Source of the DNA: Trichoplax adhaerens
Lineage: Eukaryota > Animalia > Placozoa
DNA: 64,000 bases
NCBI RefSeq assembly: GCF_000150275.1
Contig: NW_002060951.1
Coordinates: 2,366,297 to 2,430,296, forward strand
Reading direction: 5' to 3'
This document shows, piece by piece, positions 54,801 through 64,000 of the stretch (its first letter is position 1; each line of letters begins with the position of its first letter). A program made the translations under genes and the position numbers. The notes beneath the pieces were generated by a model. The model was not told the DNA's origin. It was given only the letters and a program-made list of their open reading frames with translations, and did no database searches.

Positions 54801-57776
54801 CTGCATTCATATGAAGCTATTTGATTTGATTTGTGAGGAAGAAATATAGGCAGATCTTTATTTAAAACATACAGTATTTAATATCCTCTAGTTGACTCTT
54901 TGCGGTATATTAGTGTTATGCTATAACGTATGACAATATGTACTATTATAGGTACCTATATTGTGTTAAGAAAATAAACTAAAAAATGCAAATGTGCACT
55001 ATTCTACGCATCCTATTAATAATTAGAAAGCACTAAAATTTAAAACTATTAAAGTACTGGTATAATTTGAAACAACTCAATTCATTTCTGCGCGCAGTGT
55101 AGTCTATTGCCTTGAATAGTACGTAAATTTTATATCCGTAAGACTCGTTTCAATCAATAATGAATAACGTAACTAATATGTCTTTAGCTGCTGAATAAGA
55201 TGACTAAGTACATTTACTAACAATCTAATATCACTTATCATATCAACTTTATGCTACTTGTTTGTATAACGTTAATTGATTGCTAATTTACCATATCTGA
55301 TGCAATGCATTTAGATATTCAGACATCCTACTGAAAGGGTATTATCATGTAAATAATTTATCGAATTCTTTAAAATTGTGACGATCAAAAACATTTGATT
55401 AACAATCAGTGTCAATAAGTGGTGTGATACGAACAATGATTACATTCACAGACCTCGATTGTTTAAAACCAATGGCTAAAATCTCGAAAAGAATAATATG
55501 TAATAAAATTCATGATCAAATGATAGAATAGTTGAAATCAGGAGCTAATTTGAATTGGTAATTTCGGAAGATCGTAGCTGATATTTTAATTGGTTCGCTT
55601 TAATATTAATGATCGTACAAAAATTTTATAGATAATAAGTTATTCATCCCTACCATTTCATGATATTATATTAATGGCCAGTTATTTCTATCTTGTGAAA
55701 GATAAGTAATTTTTAAAGTTTTAATTAATATTATCACTTGTACACTATATATTTTTATACGTGTCACCTTCGCTATTTAATGTATAAAATATTAAGGTGG
55801 CAATCATGCGACATTTAAATGTAAACGTTATAACTACGCTAATGCTAATTAATATTCTCCTTATGCAGCCCTACCTCGATATGTTAATCGAGTAGATTTA
55901 TACTTGACAACATACGGTATAATACAAGATTATTATTTGTACATGAAAATTACAGCAACAGGTAAGGTTAAAGGTGTGAGTTATTTTTAGTGGTCTGTAG
56001 TACTTGTAATCTAATTCGCTGGTATAAAATCAAGAATATCAACTATGTTTCGTCTATTACTTGCCTTTTATTAAGTACATCAAAATATAAACTAGTATGC
56101 AAAGATACAGTAGGATCATTCGTAATATTATGGATTTATATAAAATAGATTTTGTGGTGAATTCCCAAGACTCCTTAAATACAATTTCTAATTAAGTTAA
56201 AGTATAAAGGATATCCTTAATCGGTTGTGTTCTCAAATGTTTATAGTGCGTATGCACCTACGAACGCATAATTATAGCTGGTCGATTTTATAACGTAAAG
56301 CTAGAGTATAACATGTTAATAATTTACGACACTACCTCTTCACGTAGTAAAATTTTTTATTTTACTTATCACTTCCCTACAAATGTGTCTCTATCAGTCC
56401 ATACGAAATATTATATTAGCATTACTATATTCTGCTGCAATGAAACCATAACTAAACGAAACAGCTTAGTTTTTTCACGGTACTCGATAAATCTTAATAA
56501 ACAATCGATCTGTTTAGGTAGATAAATTTTAACTGGCTATCTTTGCACATATTATATTGAGAATTGGACTTGAAAGAAAATTATTATGATATCATTTCCC
56601 TAGATTTGAAATTCCATTCTGAAATTTATAAAAATTACAATTTACAGAAACATATATTATACGTGAAGTGAGGGGCAAGAGTTATCGTCTGCAATAACTT
56701 AAATTGCATCTATACATACTAACATATGCAAAATTTCTGATTCTAATTTAGGTATCAACTCTATGTAAGCCTACTTTTTGCACATGATACTCTCAACTAT
56801 GAACGAAAGGATGCCGCTGAATTAAGGGACGTATAAAGCAAGCAATAAAATTTATCAAATTAAATTTAATATAGCTTATACATTAAATGAAGTCTTAAAA
56901 TAAGTACTAATAATTATCCATTGTGTTGTTAGTTATGCATTTATAATTGCAGATAGAATATGAGTATTAAGGAAAGATCTTACTACAATCTCGTGATTAT
57001 GTAATAATGCTATGACGCGAGAGGTATCTTTGAATCACAGTTAAATTTCTTAAAATATTCACTTCTAAAGGTGCTAGCACTTTAATCGGCATAGAATTAA
57101 TTAGGGCATACGTGAATTGAATAGGCATATAGGGTACGGTTAAGAAGTTACGAACAATGATTTTTATATTATTATTACAATTTAATTTAATAAATTTATC
57201 CTTTTAAAGTTGCCTTTTGCATGTATAAGGAAATAGCTTAACGATTTTGTTGAGGTAAAACGTGGCACCGTATATCGGTGAAGCTGTGTTATGCATAAAC
57301 CTAATTAAGTAGCATGTATACGAATATAAGTATATGGCCGGTCAGTCGCGAAAGGTGCAAGCGCATCAGAATGATATAGGTATACCTAATGACAGCTACC
57401 AGAGTAAATATACTAGAATGAATTAGCCGCAGTAGTATAAAAAATATGAACGTATTTATTTTGTATGTTTTACATTCACATGATAACCATGTATTAGTAG
57501 GACTATAGGCCTATGATCATTTTAATTAGTAAAATTATTTATTTACTTCAGATCACCTACGGATTATCCTTTATCACTGTTAAGATGAATTTTATATTTG
57601 CAAATTATCACCAACTCAGTATCCTACGCGATTATATGCTATAAAAATATACATCTTGTTAATATTTAAAAGTGTGACAATGTTGTTCCTGTGGCTAGCT
57701 GTATCAAGTAGGCACAATTATATTTATTAGTTAGTTTTGTCATAGCGCCTTTATTAATTCTTTTAGCTATAACTGT

Positions 57777-59436
57777 TCATTCAGCATCATTAGCTGAACA
57801 AGTTGTGGAAGCAAAGGCACAACCATCATACTCTTTAAGTAGATGATAGTCTAAATCTCCATTGTTGCTATTTTTACTAGACTCGAAACTTGAAGGGCCT
57901 TTGGTTCGAATACAGGCACATCGTTTAAATTTGCCATTCTCGTAAAACAGTTTTCGCGGAACACCAACCCAATCTCTTTCAATGCCCCCACTATATTAAG
58001 AAATGAAATTGCCATAATGAGAGGGTAACGATAATTTAAGAATCCATATCACACAGAAAGTTAATATAAGCATTTTTAATAAATGACTATAATTATGTAC
58101 TTTTGTATACCTGGATGAGATATAATGAATATATACGTAACTGTATCATGGCTATCCTGAATGTTAGTATAGTTTTACTAAATAGATACAACTTTGTCTA
58201 TACCTCTTTTTTTCGCACCAATAAACTGTCCCCTCTTCTTTAGTCCAATGTGTATTACATCCTGGCATTTTAAAATTCTCATTTTCGGCTTCTTTCCGTA
58301 ATGCGTATGCTTTACTTAGCCTGGTTTTGATTTTAGACAAAATTGGAGCAGGTTCGCCTTTTGCATTATAAAATCTCCCTATCAATTTGCCGACATAAGA
58401 ATAATCTATGAAAAGTAAACATAATTCTTAGTTGAAATCAGGCCTTTAATAATTAATTTAATTACGGCTTTTCATTTTAAGATACTAGGACGACGCCTAG
58501 GACATGTGCTGCCCAGGACTTTGTATCAGGTTAATGACAAACTAAATGCAATGCATCAATAAATAAGTTGCTACATATTACCTTTGTGATAGAAATCGAT
58601 CCATTCTTTAATACCTATGAAGTTCTCATGAGATAACCCTTTAATTTCATCATTTAGACCTAAAATAATTATATAACTTAAATATAAGAAAAAACAAATA
58701 CTATTTTACCCGCATTCTAGATTAATCTGGTACAGCACTGCATTTCCTTTGAATTGTAGCCAATACAATATCGACATTTAGCCAACTTAGCCGTAGATCG
58801 TGATAATATATCGCACTGTTAGCTGGTATTGAGTGTTTATTGATGAAATAATTACGATTATTACTCTACTAAATATATAATTAATAAATAGTAAGGTATT
58901 CATACTGTTATGACTGCGATAGGAGATGGAATAGGTTTATGAGTTTTACCTTTCTCACTAAAATCTCCAGTTACGAAAGCTCTTGTGCCATCACGACCGG
59001 AAAAAAAATTATATCCACCACCTTTACCGTAATGTTCCTTTCCTTTGGTTACATCAAATACTTGGCCCAAAACAGCTAAATAGATTGGCTTCTGTGGATC
59101 ATCACCGTTATATTGTTTTAGATCAGAAGCTGTAAATATCTGACCATCGGGCGCAATGACATTGCTGAGATCTGTACTAGATCCAGAACCAGTTCCGACA
59201 GCCGGTCGTTTAGATTCATCCTTATATTTATTTTGATAGCTTTCGGCTGTATTCGCTAGTAAATCAACATCTTGTTTATAAGCGAATACACCTGCAGCAA
59301 TCGCTGCTGCTAAGATAAAGATAGGAACTAATTTTGATCCTTTGGAATTACTTTCTTGGTTAGTTTCTTCTGGTTTCTCTATCTTATCAGTTTTGGAGTC
59401 ATCTGATTTGGCTGCTTTTCGTCTAGTTACAGCCAT
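57777..59436 (-). CDS. CYB5D2: Neuferricin (MAPR-family cytochrome b5 heme/steroid-binding protein)
   Basis: Exons 58950-59436, 58582-58659, 58204-58405 and 57777-57990. TM helix; b5 domain [47 protein letters not shown]; neuferricin-specific YVGKLIGRFY...PGCNTHW...[21 protein letters not shown]...RCACIR...EYDGC. Confidence 0.93.
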
Positions 59437-59589
59437 TTCTATAATTCTTTACAGATCAAAATTTAGTAATCCAATTATGGTAAGGGCCCCTCTGCAACTA
59501 GGTATGACTGTGATCAAGCATAAAAAGATATTTGATTTGTTAGTTGCTCGTTCCTTTTTGCGATCGAAATGCACCGGTAGAGTGAAACA

Positions 59590-59765
59590 CTGTCCAAGTA
59601 CAGTACAGTACTGTACTGTACTGTACAGTTACGATACTGTACTGTACTGTACTGTAGGTTTACTGTACTGTACACTGTACTGTACAGTGCTGCTTTACAG
59701 TACGCCCATAGGCCACAGTCCAATGGTACAGTTTATGGACTACAGTACTAAAGTTTACAGTACTG
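59590..59765. repeat. TACAG/TACTG array in the divergent CYB5D2 / HNF1 spacer
   Basis: gtacagtacagtactgtactgtactgtacag...(actgt)n runs lie between ATGs at 59436 and 60017. Confidence 0.9.
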
Positions 59766-60016
59766 CAACAGCAACCAGAAGAGCCAGAAGGGACTACGTA
59801 GATTACACTTGCGCAGATAATTTCATTTAGCGCTTTAGACTTATTAAACAAGGAGTGAGTTGTGGTGCTGACCATTTTTTGTTCGTTTACACTGCATTGT
59901 ACAGCTACACAAACCTTTCTTTTGTTCTCATTTGGGTTCTTTTCGTTCATGTTTTATTTATATTGCAGTTTTCCACTGCTTTTAAAACTGATATCGTAAG
60001 AAGAAATTCCAAGATC

Positions 60017-63000
60017 ATGGCACTGACAGAGCTACAGCATGAATTGCTCACTGCGTTGCTCGACAGTGGTGTCAGTAAAGCAACGTTGATACAGGTTCTG
60101 ACTATGCCAGAGCATTCGAATAGCATCTCACGGGATTATTCATATATTGGAAATGGTGATGTTGCCTTTGGGACCTTTCATCAAGTTGGTTAATAATTGT
60201 AATTATATATGTATAACATATACAATATATTATAAATAATTATTCGTTTCGCAAATTAGCATTGAACCATACTGACCTATTATTTACTTGCGTTTTTTTA
60301 AATTTTCATGCGCTTAAGTGCTGGTCTTGCTGTATTACATGATACATAAGGTGCACTATAGTACTACACTACGTATAATTAATTAATACAACATCACTAT
60401 AGAAATGATCATGATCACATTTCACAGCCGTCAACGACACAGTAGAAATATTCGTGTGGTATATATTTGTTTTCACGACTATATTAGTTGATAACATACA
60501 AAGTATATACAGTAGTACTGGTATCATTTATTTAATATGCTACTATGGATTCCATTTTTACTTCCAGTCAATATTTATGGCTAGTCTACTTGATCTTATT
60601 ACAGTACTGTAACTATAAACAGCACATCGGCTCGGCGGGAAAGTGTTTTACATGGTTGTAATACGGATAAAATCCATAGTAAAGGAACGGGGTCGATATA
60701 TTGGTTACTAATATCAATATTAGTAGGGTCAAGGCAGAATTGTGCGATAATGCATTTGAATGTGATTGCTAGCTCTCGAAGCTGCAAAGGAATACTTCAT
60801 CTATTTCAATATACTGTAAAGTATAGCACGGACAGTATAACACAGAAATACCAATCCAAGCAGAGAAGTCGAACACAGCCAATGTACGTACATACTGTAC
60901 AATAGTGTGCAATACTTAACCGTAGGCTGCTGCTTGTGTCAGGTAACGAGTATTAATCTGTGGCTGCACATTTTGAAGAGCGCGCTGGAATCGTTTCAAC
61001 GTGTTTTAAATAGTTCGTAACCCATATAGTAATCCCTACAACGTTTATTGCATTTATATTCCTAATAACTCACGCAGTATTTTAAAAATTTATCAATACA
61101 TAATACTAGATCAGTCTATTAAATATCTTTCAAGTTCTTCAAATAAAATTAGAGTCAGTTGAACATATATTTATATACAAAATTGAATGCGTCAACAGCT
61201 GTGAAATGTCTCTAGTATAGGGTCGTAAACGCTTGCAAGGCACATGGTAATATATAAACGTGCACAATCGTAATACGAAACAAAAGCGTAGTATAGGGCG
61301 GTAGCAACCCTTGCATAGGAGATCCGCCTTATCCGCAATATGCAATGGCAGATAGTGGCAAAAGCGAACAAAATCGTAAGGAGTACCGGTACTACGAGAC
61401 GACTGTGAGTCTATAGTACTGTTTATGCAGGAGACTGGTACATACTGTACAGCACACTGTAGGGTGTATCGCTATCTACAGATTTCTTGGCCGAGTGATC
61501 AGTAATACCTATGCCCCAACTCTTGAAACCAAGAGATATGTAAATAATTATAATCATCTGTATCTTTCCGCTAAAAGCTGTCCCTTGCGGTTTAAAATAA
61601 AGATGGTATGCAAATCGTTAATTTGCGATACACCCTACAGTGTACACTGTACAGTACAGTACTGTAAACATCGCGACTTGCTCTACTGTACAGTACTGTA
61701 TTTCTGAGATATTTGAACAAGAAAAATCAATGATTCTTTCTTTTTATCCTGCTTAAATTATACATCAATCGGTAGAGAAAGAGCTAAACAACCGTAGTTC
61801 ATCAATTAAAATTTGCGTGCGACGTCGATTGTACATCACAGAGCATACTGTCATTAGAGAACACATACAGTACAGTACAGTACGGTAACACAGCTAAACT
61901 TGACCGTGCTAGAGAATGAAAATACTACACATTTAATAATTATATATAAGTATATACGCCTATAATAATTATTCCATAACGAACAATTAATTAATGGTTA
62001 TAAAGCTGCTTAAATAGCCGATCTTAAAACTAGTTACCTTAAATGTTGTTCTCGTTCATATCCAGAATATATTAGCTTATTTTAATGTTGACAAAATAAT
62101 AGTTCGATACGAAAGGCTATTACAAAGCGGCTGGGATGTAACCATAATTAGCCAGTTAATTTACACAGATATACGTGTAGATGGAGGTCTGTGTTGACTG
62201 CCGAGACATGGATGCGACCAGGAATTCAGGAGACCAGGATTACTTAAAATACGCGTAGACCCTAATCATGCTGTTTGGAGTAATGCAATACTGTACAATT
62301 CCTTATTACGAAATCTACCGTTATGGTTCTTAAGCGGAGCTTATGACTAAGATTGCCATCTTTGAGTTTTATATAATTACTGTTATTTATTATTTAATTA
62401 TATTATATAACTATTGATACCTAATATCATCATTCGTAATTTATTAAATGTAAATACAATAATTTTCTTGGTTCATTATACTCATTTCGATCATGCGATA
62501 AACGTTATTAAAATATTATAATATATACAACGTTATGATGTCGATTATATGGCGATATTATACAATGTGACGATTAATATTCTGTACACGAGCGCATCTA
62601 CATAAATACTGAAGGAATAGAATTTTATTAACATGAATGACTTCGACATTGTCTTTCATAAATAAAGTTCTGTAGTTATATATCAAATGAAGGTTTGCAT
62701 GCGTTGAACTGTTTAAGACCCGATTAATCTATTTAATGTACAGTATTTGCGGTTTATAGGGTGTTCGCAGTGTTGTAATTGTTTTATATCCATATTAAGC
62801 ATGCTTTAATTTAAAATTGCGGTACTGGTGATACTGTATTTACTCTTTACTCTATGATATTGTAGAGTTCGCGTACAATGCAGACAGCACAGACGGCTTG
62901 ATTGCTAACGTGTGGATCTCGAATAAAGCAGAAATGCTTGATATCTTCTCTTATATAAAAGCCCAATCGCTTTATAATTTTCATTACTGGATGTATTTAG

Positions 63001-63154
63001 CGTTAATCCATCTCTTACCTTTTATATTACAGTTAGATTCAACGTATCCGACTAATAATGATGCCATAGATCTTATAACTGATGCGAACGTGACTGATAT
63101 TGTAAAAGTTCTAAAGGATAGAGGACCTCTGGCAGCTGTTGAACGTTTACTAAG
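60017..63154 (+). CDS. HNF1: HNF1-class homeobox transcription factor, first two coding exons; continues beyond the window
   Basis: Exon 1 MALTELQHELLTALLDSGVSKATLIQVL matches the HNF1 dimerization domain (human [26 protein letters not shown]). Exon 2 (~63033-63154) ends AAVERLL(R/S)|GTAAAG, like HNF1A AVVETLLQ before the POU-like domain. The homeodomain is not visible in the window. Confidence 0.82.
61480..61596 (+). repeat. Dispersed repeat copy B in HNF1 intron 1, homologous to 43240-43346
   Basis: AGATTTCTTGGCCGAGTGATCAGTAATACCTATGCCCCAACTCTTGAAACCAAGAGATATGTAAATAATTATAATCATCTGTATCTTTCCGCTAAAAGCTGTCCCTTGCGGTTTAAA, flanked by TACAG/TACTG runs at 61440-61460, 61635-61700 and 61865-61885. 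Confidence 0.85.
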
Positions 63155-64000
63155 GTAAAGCGATATAATATTTTTATGCTCCAAGCTGATAATGAAACAC
63201 CTTTTTCCGGTATAGGCACGGCAGAACGTACAGTAATTCGACTTATGTAATCGTGAGATAATTTGTAAGCTCTCTAATTTAAATGCGCGTTCTATTATGT
63301 ACAATAATACTATTGTAATCACCCCGACCGTTTCGATTGTAATTATCGCTCTGTCCCTAACCATTGCACCACTTCAATATTTTGCACAGTGTTGTTCTAG
63401 TCAGCTCTCAAGTTTTTATTCGGTATCGAAAATTATACGGTACAGTTATGCGGTATTCCGAACGCTTGTTGATGAAGTTGTATTGCTTCAATTATCAGTT
63501 ATAACGAAGAGCATACTTAATAACAGCTATTGTCTTATTAGATATGCCAGAAACTACATTTCTAGTTAAATCTTACTTTTTTAGGGAATCTACATTTTTA
63601 AAATCATTGTACATATTAAATTGGAACAAATATCTTTCTGTTATGACATTTAAATAATGGAGAGTTATTAAATACGAAAGTGCACAACTATAACCAAAAT
63701 TAACCTGTATTATATAGCTGCTTTCTATCTTCTGATAGCTAGTAAGGCATTACATAGAGATAAATCCTTAAAAGTTTTGATTCTTCATATCAACGAAATT
63801 TAACCATTCATATCAGTATTTATTGCACTCAGCTAAAAATTTAGTTGAAACTCAGGTTACTGTGTATCAGTTATCCTGTAATGATCTAAATTTTATGCTA
63901 TCTGCCCACTGCCTAATTTCGATTGTAAGTAAATATGATAACGGTATTATTTGAGTGTGCTTTGGTGTTGTTGTTTATTAGTTATACTGTACTTACTTCT

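Overview
AT-rich, intron-dense animal genomic DNA with short introns and short intergenic spacers. Gene content and style suggest a placozoan (Trichoplax-like), but this is inference. Genes reconstructed by manual splicing, in order: SUPT4H1/Spt4 exon 1 (-), a C19orf53/UPF0390-like small protein (+), a Polycomb-like Tudor-PHD protein ending in a MYND finger (+), an apparently non-coding or sORF spliced locus hosting a SNORD35/snR73-type box C/D snoRNA (+), AKAP10 (-), a probable pseudogene (+), NF1 neurofibromin (-, ~19 kb), KMT5A/PR-Set7 (+), tRNA-Ile(GAU) (-), SQSTM1/p62-like (+), an SLC18B1-like MFS transporter that looks degraded (-), CYB5D2/neuferricin (-) and the 5' part of HNF1 (+). Most notable observations: (1) palindromic TACAG/TACTG pentamer arrays sit at or near nearly every gene 5' end and are absent from the long coding gene bodies; (2) the Polycomb-like protein has no PHD2/EH module and carries a MYND finger instead; (3) the snoRNA's second guide is complementary to its own host transcript; (4) the Ile tRNA has a G34 anticodon on a eukaryotic body; (5) the p62 lacks ZZ and LIR and lies downstream of HSE and Maf/ARE-like sites. 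Most short ORFs in the supplied track are exon fragments or translations of the pentamer repeat.
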